Shown here: in pieces, positions 16,247 through 24,880 of the stretch
Layout: each line of letters opens with the position of its first letter
Numbering within the stretch: position 1 is the stretch's first letter
From: a virus
Lineage: Duplodnaviria > Heunggongvirae > Uroviricota > Caudoviricetes
IMG/VR virus record: IMGVR_UViG_3300029288_000054
Location: 1 to 64,000 of that record
Length of the DNA stretch: 64,000 bases
Reading direction: 5' to 3' (one strand)
The notes under the pieces: generated by a model
Databases searched by the model: none
The model's input: the letters and a program-made list of their open reading frames with translations, nothing else
Told to the model about the DNA's origin: nothing
Program-made: the position numbers and the translations under genes

Positions 16247-16627
16247 ATGGATCGAGCGCAAGTTTTACAGGTGAAGCCTGGAAGTGATGCAGCCAGTTTG
16301 CATCTTGGAAAGTGGTACTGCACCGGCAAAGATTACGGCAGGACTCGCTACTTGCAACGTAATGGCGATTGGGGCGATGCCGCATTCTACTTCAATTCGG
16401 AGAGCGAAGTCAAGTCGACGCTGACCCGGAACCACCCAAGCGCGACGGTCAGCCACGAGGAGCCGCAAGAATCTTTTACGCCGAGTCGCCATGAATCGCA
16501 TGATGATGACGATTCTTCGAATTCTTTCGGCTTAGGCTCAATCGGTGGCTTGCTCGACACTGGTGGAAGTTTATTTAGTGGCGGTGGTGGGGACTTCGGT
16601 GGAGGCGGTGCTGGCGGAGATTGGTAG
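16247..16627 (+). CDS. hypothetical protein with the same Gly-rich C-terminal tail as the TPM protein
   Basis: ends SGGGGDFGGGGAGGDW; strong AGGAGGAG RBS. Confidence 0.75.
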   Translation: MDRAQVLQVKPGSDAASLHLGKWYCTGKDYGRTRYLQRNGDWGDAAFYFNSESEVKSTLTRNHPSATVSHEEPQESFTPSRHESHDDDDSSNSFGLGSIGGLLDTGGSLFSGGGGDFGGGGAGGDW

Positions 16628-16679
16628 ATAGGAATAGGTGGTTGCAGGGAGATTGGTGACGTCGCCATTTACCAAGACT

Positions 16680-16720
16680 ACAAGGCCGGATGAAGGGAAC
16701 TTCATCCGGCCTTGTTCATT
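16680..16720 (+). terminator. 16-bp stem-loop, probable intrinsic terminator
   Basis: ACAAGGCCGGATGAAG-GGAA-CTTCATCCGGCCTTGT then TCATTT. Confidence 0.75.
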
Positions 16721-16731
16721 TAGGATATCAT

Positions 16732-16938
16732 ATGTCTTGCAATATCCAAACCAAACACGCTTTCGAGGTTCGAGTACTATTGCCAGAAGGCGTCACGATT
16801 GGTCAAATGGAATCTTACATCCGCGAATCCGTGCAGTCTATGTGCGGGTGCCTATCGCCGGACGATCCACTTTTCGATCTAAATAAGAAGAAGGTCAAAG
16901 TGGTTTATAAGGGGCAGGTTCCTAATGGAGCTATTTGA
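16732..16938 (+). CDS. hypothetical protein
   Basis: AGGA RBS, ATG 16732. Confidence 0.55.
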   Translation: MSCNIQTKHAFEVRVLLPEGVTIGQMESYIRESVQSMCGCLSPDDPLFDLNKKKVKVVYKGQVPNGAI

Positions 16939-17081
16939 TGCATAAGCTTCTTCTGATGTTTTTAATTCTTGTCGTTGGTTGTGGCAAACCAGATTTCGTG
17001 CATAAGCCGCCACAACAGGATAAGAAAGATAAGCAGAAGAAAGAAGAAAATCGAACATGGTATTGGTACTATTTCCTATAG
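16938..17081 (+). CDS. small predicted lipoprotein (47 aa, not in the ORF track)
   Basis: MHKLLLMFLILVVG|CGKPDF...WYWYYFL; GGAG RBS, TGATG coupling. Confidence 0.6.
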   Translation: MHKLLLMFLILVVGCGKPDFVHKPPQQDKKDKQKKEENRTWYWYYFL

Positions 17082-17088
17082 GTGAGTT

Positions 17089-17568
17089 ATGGATGACAAG
17101 TGTAGTGAAAGACGTCTGCATGTTATGATGGCTGACCTGCTAGCAGGTCAGCGCAAAAACCTCAAGCAAGACAAACAAATTATAGCGGAATTTCGTGCCA
17201 ACGCTACGCCAACAAATGTCGTAGCTTTCAATGGTAGAGCGACTGGTAGATTCTGTTCGATTGTTGGTTGTCTCGTAGATGTGGTCCACTTTATCGATGA
17301 CCACTTGGCTAGATATCGTGAAGATCTGGTAGCAAGAAAAGAATTACACAAGCTACAGGCTGAGCACGAGGAGTTGAAGAAGGGTTATGCACTAGCAAAG
17401 AAAATCAATAAGAGGCAGGCGGAAGAGTTAACGAAGTTACAGGCGGTAGCGAAGAGCAGGAAGAGCAAGATCGAGAGAGATATTATGGTGATGCGTATTT
17501 TGAGCGACAGAGTGGGTGTCCTCAAAAAGAAAGAGAAAATCCGCAAATGGCAGAACCAATCGAAATAG
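17089..17568 (+). CDS. hypothetical coiled-coil protein
   Basis: basic, heptad-rich C-terminal half. Confidence 0.6.
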   Translation: MDDKCSERRLHVMMADLLAGQRKNLKQDKQIIAEFRANATPTNVVAFNGRATGRFCSIVGCLVDVVHFIDDHLARYREDLVARKELHKLQAEHEELKKGYALAKKINKRQAEELTKLQAVAKSRKSKIERDIMVMRILSDRVGVLKKKEKIRKWQNQSK

Positions 17569-17825
17569 CCGATATCGCCGAACCGAAAGACCCAATGATG
17601 GATTGGGGTAACGATCAGCTATTTTTTACGCATAGCTGGTGGGATGAAACGAGTCAGTTCGATGACCATCCAAACAAACGATGGTGTGGTGGTCTTGAAT
17701 GCTATGAGCGTCAGTTCAAGGTGCGAGTGCCAATAGCTTTCAAGGATTGTGATAATGCGATAGAATGGTTTACTATATGGATGCAAGATAATCATCCGGA
17801 TGAGGAAGGTTTCTGGGTAGAATAG
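17547..17825 (+). CDS. hypothetical protein
   Basis: ORF in co-oriented run. Confidence 0.55.
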   Translation: MAEPIEIADIAEPKDPMMDWGNDQLFFTHSWWDETSQFDDHPNKRWCGGLECYERQFKVRVPIAFKDCDNAIEWFTIWMQDNHPDEEGFWVE

Positions 17826-17859
17826 GGTTCCAGTAGAATATAGGTTTTAGGAGCCTTTA

Positions 17860-18462
17860 ATGTCAGAACAGAAGAAGATGCAAGATTTGGTTAACCTGAT
17901 TAAGCAGGTTGCCGCCGATTACGACATGGGTGTCAAAGTCGAAGGTCCAGATACACTTCGATCATATAAAATAAATATCGGCGACGGTAGTATGCAGATT
18001 TGGGTTACTTTCGATGATGAGCAGCCCGATAGCGACCAAATTATCAACTGCATTAGCTTCGCCCAGTATGATTTCGGACCTTCTGAAATTGATGACCTAC
18101 TTGAATATCCCTGGGACGATTTCTTAGCCGATACCGAGGACCTAGGTGTTAAACCACCTGAGAAAGATTATGGCGTAGGATTCCTCAACATCATCGCTTG
18201 GCATCTTGGTGCTTACGGCCAGAGAACAACCGACCTCGGAAACCGGTTTGACGCGGGCTGGTACAAAGTCAGAGGAACGATTCTGACGCCAGATGGTCTC
18301 GAAGCCCGAGTTGGCTATTGGGTTGAAGCAACGAGCTCGGAAGACGCCAAAAAGCAGTTTTTAGACCGCAGTAACGATACCGGTAGAGATCTTAAGATAG
18401 AGCAATTCGCTCCTGAAAAGCCGGACTTCGGCCCTGGTGATGTGGCTGAAGAGCTACCATAA
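17860..18462 (+). CDS. hypothetical acidic protein
   Basis: AGGAG RBS, 200 aa. Confidence 0.7.
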   Translation: MSEQKKMQDLVNLIKQVAADYDMGVKVEGPDTLRSYKINIGDGSMQIWVTFDDEQPDSDQIINCISFAQYDFGPSEIDDLLEYPWDDFLADTEDLGVKPPEKDYGVGFLNIIAWHLGAYGQRTTDLGNRFDAGWYKVRGTILTPDGLEARVGYWVEATSSEDAKKQFLDRSNDTGRDLKIEQFAPEKPDFGPGDVAEELP

Positions 18463-18477
18463 CGGTATTTCATCGTT

Positions 18478-18687
18478 ATGAAGCTTCAAGACGGCTGGTT
18501 CGAAGAGAATGAAGACGGTACTAGGGACTATATAGCTGTTCTTGAGAATGGCGAGGTATGGCGTCTCAAGAATACTTATCCTACCGCTATTCACTTCGAT
18601 GGCCTTGAAATGCACGACAACGAAAGCGTAGAAATAATAGCTAACTATAGCAAGGTGGAGAGCGAGAATGGATCGGCCCAAGGTTAG
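18478..18687 (+). CDS. hypothetical protein
   Basis: ORF in co-oriented run. Confidence 0.5.
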   Translation: MKLQDGWFEENEDGTRDYIAVLENGEVWRLKNTYPTAIHFDGLEMHDNESVEIIANYSKVESENGSAQG

Positions 18688-19084
18688 CGTTGTCACCATC
18701 ATACGCAATAATAATGAAGTTTTGTTTGGACTCAGAAATGGCGATGGTGCTGCTGGCTGTGGCATGTGGGGTTTCACTGGCGGTCATCTTGAAGGCGGCG
18801 AATCATTCGAACAATGTGCTATTCGGGAAGTAGCTGAAGAGATAGGGATCAAGCTCAAACGAGTTACGTATCTCACGGTTGAGAATGTCATTTTCGAAGC
18901 TGAACAGAAGCATTTTGTTACGATTTTTATGGTTGCCGATATGCCATCTGAGCAAGAAATAATCAACATGGAACCCACGAAATGTGCAGAATGGCGATGG
19001 TTTTCTTGGGATAGCTTACCAAGCCCTATTATGCCTGGGATAACTCAACTCATCAAGCGAGGACAAAATCCTCTAAGTATTTGA
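18668..19084 (+). CDS. Nudix hydrolase (MutT/NUDT15-like)
   Basis: Nudix box GGHLEGGESFEQCAIREVAEEIG; NMEPTKCAEWRWFSWDSLP. Confidence 0.92.
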   Translation: MDRPKVSVVTIIRNNNEVLFGLRNGDGAAGCGMWGFTGGHLEGGESFEQCAIREVAEEIGIKLKRVTYLTVENVIFEAEQKHFVTIFMVADMPSEQEIINMEPTKCAEWRWFSWDSLPSPIMPGITQLIKRGQNPLSI

Positions 19085-19111
19085 TAGATATTAACCCCAA
19101 GGAGACATGTT

Positions 19112-19345
19112 ATGTCGAAGCCAGTTCTAGGTGATCCGCAAGTTGATGTTGAGTGGTCTAAGTTCTTGCTCGAAGCCAAGGGATGGAGTGCGAAGCTCAA
19201 GAACATCTCTTTGAAGGATTGTCGCAAGGGCACAAAGATCTTGCAGCAATTGTCAACGGCCACGAACGATGCTGCTATCGAGCGTCTGCAACAAAGTCAG
19301 GGTGGCCAAAAGGGAGACCGAATTAAGAAGGAATCAAAGATTTAG
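19112..19345 (+). CDS. hypothetical protein
   Basis: AAGGAG RBS. Confidence 0.6.
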   Translation: MSKPVLGDPQVDVEWSKFLLEAKGWSAKLKNISLKDCRKGTKILQQLSTATNDAAIERLQQSQGGQKGDRIKKESKI

Positions 19346-19356
19346 GTCTTCCTTAG

Positions 19357-20133
19357 ATGAAGTCGATACTGTATCAGCTTGAGAAATATAATCCGGCATC
19401 GGATAACATAAAGGTTACGGTGCCGGAATCTTTACCTGAACATGGCTGCGAAGATGCGTTATGGGAGTTGGCTTGCAAAATCGTCAACCCACAACATTCT
19501 AATCGCGATCAAGTTTGGCGATTTGCTGTGCAGCGTGTTGCACATATGTTAGCAGATATGCCTTCTAGCCCATTTGCTAATATCTTATTCTCAAAAGAGA
19601 TACTTGGTATTTATCATTGCTATTATAATCACCAGACGCAGGTTGCTAGTGAAGACTGCACAGATCAGTTTTTCATGTCGTTCTTGCGGCAAACTGACCC
19701 AAGAGAATACCAGAAGAAATTTGAAGAATCAGTCGATAGTACAGCAAAGCGACTTTCTATTATACGTGTTGCTTTGGCGACGTCAGAACAGCATAGTTTG
19801 AATATTTTCTGGAGTAATCCAAACTCGACAAACAGCTATGGCGAGACTTATACTCACAAGAAGCAAGATGAGCTACCGCTCGAATTCAGAGAATCTGCCT
19901 TCGAGTATTTAGGTATTAGCTCGATTTCTGCTGCTGCCGATCTGCAGGAGAGGCTGACGAAACATGCAACTCTAGACCAAATCATTTTAGGCCGAATGGG
20001 CTACATGATGTTCTGGAGTTGGAATAATCGCGGCGAGAGATCGAACATACCGCTTTTGTCTGCACCGCGTAAAGCACTATTACCACCACGAGTTATTTGT
20101 CTACCAGCGCCATGTCATTCAAGGAAAATCTGA
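19357..20133 (+). CDS. hypothetical protein
   Basis: 258-aa ORF. Confidence 0.7.
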   Translation: MKSILYQLEKYNPASDNIKVTVPESLPEHGCEDALWELACKIVNPQHSNRDQVWRFAVQRVAHMLADMPSSPFANILFSKEILGIYHCYYNHQTQVASEDCTDQFFMSFLRQTDPREYQKKFEESVDSTAKRLSIIRVALATSEQHSLNIFWSNPNSTNSYGETYTHKKQDELPLEFRESAFEYLGISSISAAADLQERLTKHATLDQIILGRMGYMMFWSWNNRGERSNIPLLSAPRKALLPPRVICLPAPCHSRKI

Positions 20134-20771
20134 TGCTATCTAAATTATCCCATAAGTTTATGAAACCACATAACAAATGCTTCTTTGGAGTCGGATTCAA
20201 GGAAGAAGACCTGAGTGGGACTGTAGAGGACATTCACTGCAAGGTCGACTATAATGCCATAAACACTATTTATGGTAAGAATAGGATTAAGGTTCAAGAA
20301 AAGACGTGTACTTCTCCTTGGCTTGGCTATTTGACCGTTGTTTGCAACATACCAGATTTTCTTTATTCCAAGGCAAAAATTCTGTCTTGCGGATATCTCA
20401 ACGACGAGAAGACGGCGATGGATGCTGTGATGTACTGCGGAATGGATGAATATCGTGAATTCTGCAGAAGATGTCGTGATTCGTTTGTTATCAAGTCAGG
20501 CCCGAATAAGGGGCAAGTACGTGCATATAACGGCTTTATTCAAACGAAGAAAATGAGAACATCTCGTGGCGAAATAGCTGTTGATTTTATAGCTGTCGCA
20601 TTAGCGTTCTTGTTAGATAGCGACTTAGGTAAGGAGCTTGGGGTAGTGCGAAGCTATGCCCTTAATAGTGCAAGAGCTCAATGGGTCTTAGACAGACAAC
20701 GCGATTATTACGACTTATATAAGCCGGACTGCCAAGATATGATAGTTAAATTCGGAGATCCAAATGGCTAA
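20133..20771 (+). CDS. hypothetical protein
   Basis: TGATG coupling, AAGGA RBS. Confidence 0.7.
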   Translation: MLSKLSHKFMKPHNKCFFGVGFKEEDLSGTVEDIHCKVDYNAINTIYGKNRIKVQEKTCTSPWLGYLTVVCNIPDFLYSKAKILSCGYLNDEKTAMDAVMYCGMDEYREFCRRCRDSFVIKSGPNKGQVRAYNGFIQTKKMRTSRGEIAVDFIAVALAFLLDSDLGKELGVVRSYALNSARAQWVLDRQRDYYDLYKPDCQDMIVKFGDPNG

Positions 20772-21003
20772 GATGCTATTTATACAACTGCATGGCCCAG
20801 ATGGTGAGACTGTCGACGGTGCCGCGTCGATTTATTCTGATGGTAAAGAATTGCCAGAAGGCCAGCTATCAGTACGTAGGTCGCATTCTGACTTTGATAC
20901 TGTGATGGCGGTTTCAGAGATGCCGCAGCACTGGCAGGACGAGATCAAGAGATGGAACTTGTGGTCAGATAAGCACTTACCATGTAGTGAGACGATGGAC
21001 TAA
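20764..21003 (+). CDS. hypothetical protein
   Basis: GGAG RBS. Confidence 0.6.
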   Translation: MAKMLFIQLHGPDGETVDGAASIYSDGKELPEGQLSVRRSHSDFDTVMAVSEMPQHWQDEIKRWNLWSDKHLPCSETMD

Positions 21004-21203
21004 TGGCTAAGAAAAAATTGCGAAAATTCGTATCTAATGACGCAATCGTCGAAATGCATAACGATACAGCAGAACGCAAGCGAAGAGCTAACGAACATAT
21101 AAGCCAGGTTACTTGTCCAGATTGTGGTGCTTGGTTGAACGTAACCAGTCAACATCCACTACCTGACGACATCAAAATAGAGTTTGTCAAGCATCGAATC
21201 TAG
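21003..21203 (+). CDS. hypothetical Zn-ribbon protein
   Basis: CPDCG; TAATG coupling. Confidence 0.55.
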   Translation: MAKKKLRKFVSNDAIVEMHNDTAERKRRANEHISQVTCPDCGAWLNVTSQHPLPDDIKIEFVKHRI

Positions 21204-21204
21204 A

Positions 21205-21459
21205 TTAGTTTACCCAAGTACTATTAGCTTTCAGCATTCGCTTTTTGAATTGTGGAAATTGTAGTAGCCTCTTGAGTTCTTCTCCTAGAAATCTCTGATA
21301 CGGATCTAAATCTTTTGCCATCTGAAGCAATAATCTATCTGTCTTAGATGTTCGACGCGCTCGTGCTGGCTTTTTTGGCATCCACTGACCCCTCCAATAT
21401 GTATAGCCTTCTTGACCTTTCCAATAGTCTGCTGCCTCTGATAGCATTGACAATTTCAT
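21205..21459 (-). CDS. hypothetical basic protein with MKLxxLxE N-terminus
   Basis: MKLSMLSEA. Confidence 0.6.
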   Translation of the reverse strand: MKLSMLSEAADYWKGQEGYTYWRGQWMPKKPARARRTSKTDRLLLQMAKDLDPYQRFLGEELKRLLQFPQFKKRMLKANSTWVN

Positions 21460-21460
21460 A

Positions 21461-21676
21461 TTAGTGCCCTACCGGTAAAATGTGCTCTTCATAACCGTCG
21501 CCCGACATTGGTTTTCCAGTTCCCCACCTATACGGCTTTGCTTCTGGTCCGACAGACTTGGCAGCGTTACACTTCTTCCCTTGATGTGTATCGGCCTGCC
21601 AAACCTTCGTCTTTGGCTGAGATGTTTGTTTGCGTTCTTTGGTTACGCCATCTTCTGATAATTTTTGTAGTTTCAT
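21461..21676 (-). CDS. hypothetical basic protein with MKLxxLxE N-terminus
   Basis: MKLQKLSED; GAGG RBS. Confidence 0.6.
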   Translation of the reverse strand: MKLQKLSEDGVTKERKQTSQPKTKVWQADTHQGKKCNAAKSVGPEAKPYRWGTGKPMSGDGYEEHILPVGH

Positions 21677-22098
21677 TAATTATCCTCGTAGCTCATCTTC
21701 TTGTCTATGGCGTTGAACAGCCGCTTGATTGCTTTTCCATCGCCTCCGTATTTCTTTGTGGCTAGGTGTGCTAAAGCGTCGTTGTTATCGATGTTGTCGA
21801 AGTTTTTATCCCCCCACATGTGGGACCCTATTGATGAATTGTGGATGAAGTACTTTATCAAGTCATCATCAACGGAAAATACGTAAGTATTCCCTATTAC
21901 CGGCTTATGTATTCTTGGCTGTATTCCAAAAGGTAAGAGCCACGCTTCCACATACTTCTGCGTGTTCGGTGGCAGATCGCGTATGTTGACATCTGAAAAC
22001 GCCCAACCATTTGCTTGTGCGATTTCATTATACTGATTTAGCTCGTCATCTACGCGGCTTGCTCTACTCATTATTATATTCCTGTTTGATAGCTCCAA
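21676..22098 (-). CDS. hypothetical protein
   Basis: ORF coupled to the downstream gene; true start may be the internal ATG (MSRASR). Confidence 0.6.
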   Translation of the reverse strand: MELSNRNIIMSRASRVDDELNQYNEIAQANGWAFSDVNIRDLPPNTQKYVEAWLLPFGIQPRIHKPVIGNTYVFSVDDDLIKYFIHNSSIGSHMWGDKNFDNIDNNDALAHLATKKYGGDGKAIKRLFNAIDKKMSYEDN

Positions 22099-22123
22099 CT
22101 ATATATTTGGATAGCGTATTTGA

Positions 22124-22152
22124 ATTAAACTTGGCATTTTTCGTGCTATAAT
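22124..22152 (+). promoter_or_regulatory. putative promoter (shared consensus)
   Basis: ATTAAA-17nt-TATAAT with CGTGC. Confidence 0.6.
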
Positions 22153-22185
22153 TATCTGGGAAGAATTACTTTTGGAGCGAAAAAC

Positions 22186-22722
22186 ATGGGTGGAATGGCT
22201 TGGGCTACTAGTGCGCAACCGTTTGTGGAACCTGTCGAGAAACTGACCGGTCAAGACAATGCACTTACAGCAATTACGAAACTGGCAGGCGGTAATCCTG
22301 GTGCTCTTCGGGTTTGTACCGAGATAGTAAAATGGGGTACCGAGATCGACCCTAACGGGTTATCGTATTTCGGAGCGTTGCTGAATCTTGACTCGTTGCA
22401 TATCTACGGGTCTCGAATTTGGCTGTTATATAAGGATATCTGTCGCGAAAGTCTCGTTACGATGCTGGCATGCTTGCGAGGATGGCAGCTTGGGATCGTC
22501 AGCCAAAAAGACTTGATCAGGGCTATCGATAACGCTGAGAGTGGAAATCGAGCCCACAATCTCGATCTTCTAGGAATCCTGGCTGCCGTGCGAGAGAAGC
22601 TTGGTAATTTTGGCAACATAACTGAATCGCAGCCATTCGTCGCACCTACGACGACATTGCCACCAGAGCAACCAAAGCCGTCTCCTGACCCCGAAATAAA
22701 TCGTGTCATCAATCTTGATTAG
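22186..22722 (+). CDS. conserved phage hypothetical protein
   Basis: GGNPGALRV...LDSLHIYGSRIWLLYKDIC pattern I recognise from phage ORFans; GGAG RBS. Confidence 0.7.
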   Translation: MGGMAWATSAQPFVEPVEKLTGQDNALTAITKLAGGNPGALRVCTEIVKWGTEIDPNGLSYFGALLNLDSLHIYGSRIWLLYKDICRESLVTMLACLRGWQLGIVSQKDLIRAIDNAESGNRAHNLDLLGILAAVREKLGNFGNITESQPFVAPTTTLPPEQPKPSPDPEINRVINLD

Positions 22723-22845
22723 CGGTCTACAAAGATAGGTGATGAGTAAACCAAGACCGACCGTGGAACGCTGCCCGTGTTGTGGCCAGTGTGCTGGTTA
22801 CTTACACAAACAATCACCGCGTAGGCAAGAATACAAATGTTGTAA

Positions 22846-23154
22846 TTGCCTGCATGTTTGGACGTTTTGGAAGCGAAGAAAATGGTAGTGATTAGCACGA
22901 TTAGTAGCATTTTTTGCTTTCTTTGTGCTGGGATGTCGATTTGTATGAGTATCAAACTCATACACCGATCCAGAGAGTTGAAGAAAGTCACAAAGAGGTT
23001 GGAGAAGCTTGAGCATTACTACATGGGTATGGCTCAAGAGCTACAAAATATGACCGACGCTGTTATGCTTGGTGACGGACCAGGGCTGGTGATATTCTAT
23101 CAGAAGCTGACCGATCTGCATGAGCAGTTCATGTCGGTCGGAGTTGATGACTAG
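22846..23154 (+). CDS. hypothetical membrane-anchored protein
   Basis: hydrophobic N-terminal segment then coiled coil; start uncertain. Confidence 0.55.
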   Translation: MPACLDVLEAKKMVVISTISSIFCFLCAGMSICMSIKLIHRSRELKKVTKRLEKLEHYYMGMAQELQNMTDAVMLGDGPGLVIFYQKLTDLHEQFMSVGVDD

Positions 23155-23162
23155 GAGATATC

Positions 23163-23630
23163 ATGCACGTGTTAATTCTCATTACGGCCTTATCGCTTGC
23201 ACAAGTGCCTTCGCCGACAAAGCCAGACGCTACACAGTCTCCAGGTGTCATCGCGCAGCACAAAGCGATCGATTATATGAGCACAGAACAGCAAAAACAA
23301 TGGCTGTTGGCTCATTTGATGGTTGATTTGCACTTCAATGACAAGAAAGTCGCCGAATGGGAGAAGAAGCTGAACGGCATGACGCCGACGATGATAGCAG
23401 TGACGGCGAAGGCGTACGTTCTGCAGCAGGAAAAGAAGCAATTGCAAGATGACAGAAACTACGCCATACGAGTAGCCAAAATGCAACTAAAAGCAAATAC
23501 TTATTGGTATCGGTCGTATTATAAATACAAATATTACAACTATACCAATTATCCGTGCTACGGTCCCGGTTATGGCTATGGCTGGGGCTATCCATTACGT
23601 CCGATTTACGTTGGACGCTTCTATCGCTAA
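23163..23630 (+). CDS. secreted hypothetical protein with Tyr/Gly-rich tail
   Basis: signal peptide MHVLILITALSLAQ; AGGAG RBS. Confidence 0.7.
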   Translation: MHVLILITALSLAQVPSPTKPDATQSPGVIAQHKAIDYMSTEQQKQWLLAHLMVDLHFNDKKVAEWEKKLNGMTPTMIAVTAKAYVLQQEKKQLQDDRNYAIRVAKMQLKANTYWYRSYYKYKYYNYTNYPCYGPGYGYGWGYPLRPIYVGRFYR

Positions 23631-23639
23631 GGTACGTCC

Positions 23640-23876
23640 TTATCTTCGCATCCCCAGCACGTGCTTTTCGGTATAGTCAACTGCACGTCGGATGTTGTTG
23701 AGGAAAAATCGTGCTTCCTTCATGAAAGCTTCGACGGCTTCTTGGGGGTCATCGAAATGGCCGCCGTCTGGCCAGAAGCTATCACCGCACGGCACGTTTT
23801 CGGGCTTGATGGAAAACAAAGCGAAGAACTTGCCGTGGGCGGCACCTTTGGTCCTCGCTTCAACTTCGGTCATCAT
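23640..23876 (-). CDS. hypothetical protein
   Basis: downstream of the minus-strand promoter; AGGGG RBS. Confidence 0.55.
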   Translation of the reverse strand: MMTEVEARTKGAAHGKFFALFSIKPENVPCGDSFWPDGGHFDDPQEAVEAFMKEARFFLNNIRRAVDYTEKHVLGMRR

Positions 23877-23922
23877 AGCAAATCCCCTAGATGGCGTTAT
23901 ATAGAATCCGAAACTACGAATT

Positions 23923-23952
23923 GTTATAGCACGGGAGAATATGAAGATTAAC
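23923..23952 (-). promoter_or_regulatory. putative promoter (shared consensus)
   Basis: on the minus strand GTTAAT-18nt-TATAAC with CGTGC. Confidence 0.6.
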
Positions 23953-24880
23953 CGATACCGAGCCGTTCTAATTTAGCAGCAAGATCTTTTCTTTCTCTTT
24001 TGCCCATCGGCTTGCATCCAGTTGGCTTATCGGGATGTAGTAGCCCGTAGATCTCCCATATTTCAGGTTGGCTTAGCGTCATAGCGTTAAGCTGATAGTC
24101 TTCGAAAGCCTCCCAAGCGAACGGAACAATGCCTTGGATAAGTTTTGCGATAGCATTTGCATATGTTCTGATTTCAAGCTGGGCGTGGCTATCCATACGT
24201 AAACCCAAGAAGTGAAACAGATTATTACCGTCGATCTTCCAATATGCTTCGGTATAGGTGCTTAATGGCAGATCTTTTCTAGCCTGCTCTCTAGCGATAC
24301 CAGCGTCAATCCTTTCAAGATATACGCGGTTCGCAAGCTCATGTAGCTCCATTTCTTTTTTCGAGAGGTACTCGCCGGTATATTCATAAACGCCTATTTG
24401 CTCTGGTGGCAGAAAATCACCGGAACCCTGTTTGCGATCATCAGCTTGAAGCCGCCATTGGTCGGCGTTTGTAATGCTGCGGCTGTCGATAGCCTCGCTA
24501 TATCGCGTTGAATATTCATTCACGCTTGCGGTACGATGTCGTATCCATTGACGCCAGCAATCCATCGGAACACGAACATGGAACTTGAATTCAACCATCT
24601 CCAATGGCGATGTATGCCGATGGCTTATTAAATAACGTATGAGTGATCTGTCATCGCTAACCGCTTTTGTACCGGCACCATAACTCACTCTGGCAGCTTG
24701 AACGATAGCTGCATCGTCGCCCATGTGGTCGACTAAACGCACGAAACCGTCATCGAGGCATTCAATTAAGCGACCAGTGTTCCTGGCACCCAGAAGACTA
24801 CGAAGCTTTTCGCCAGTTGATAGTCTGGTTTCTAAATCTTCGATATTTGGTAATGCATTAATACGCGATTGGATACTCAT
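23948..24880 (-). CDS. thyX: FAD-dependent thymidylate synthase
   Basis: AARVSY, HTSPLE, RQWIRHRTASVNEYSTRY ThyX motif, AREQARKDLP, HAQLEIR. Confidence 0.97.
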   Translation of the reverse strand: MSIQSRINALPNIEDLETRLSTGEKLRSLLGARNTGRLIECLDDGFVRLVDHMGDDAAIVQAARVSYGAGTKAVSDDRSLIRYLISHRHTSPLEMVEFKFHVRVPMDCWRQWIRHRTASVNEYSTRYSEAIDSRSITNADQWRLQADDRKQGSGDFLPPEQIGVYEYTGEYLSKKEMELHELANRVYLERIDAGIAREQARKDLPLSTYTEAYWKIDGNNLFHFLGLRMDSHAQLEIRTYANAIAKLIQGIVPFAWEAFEDYQLNAMTLSQPEIWEIYGLLHPDKPTGCKPMGKRERKDLAAKLERLGIG

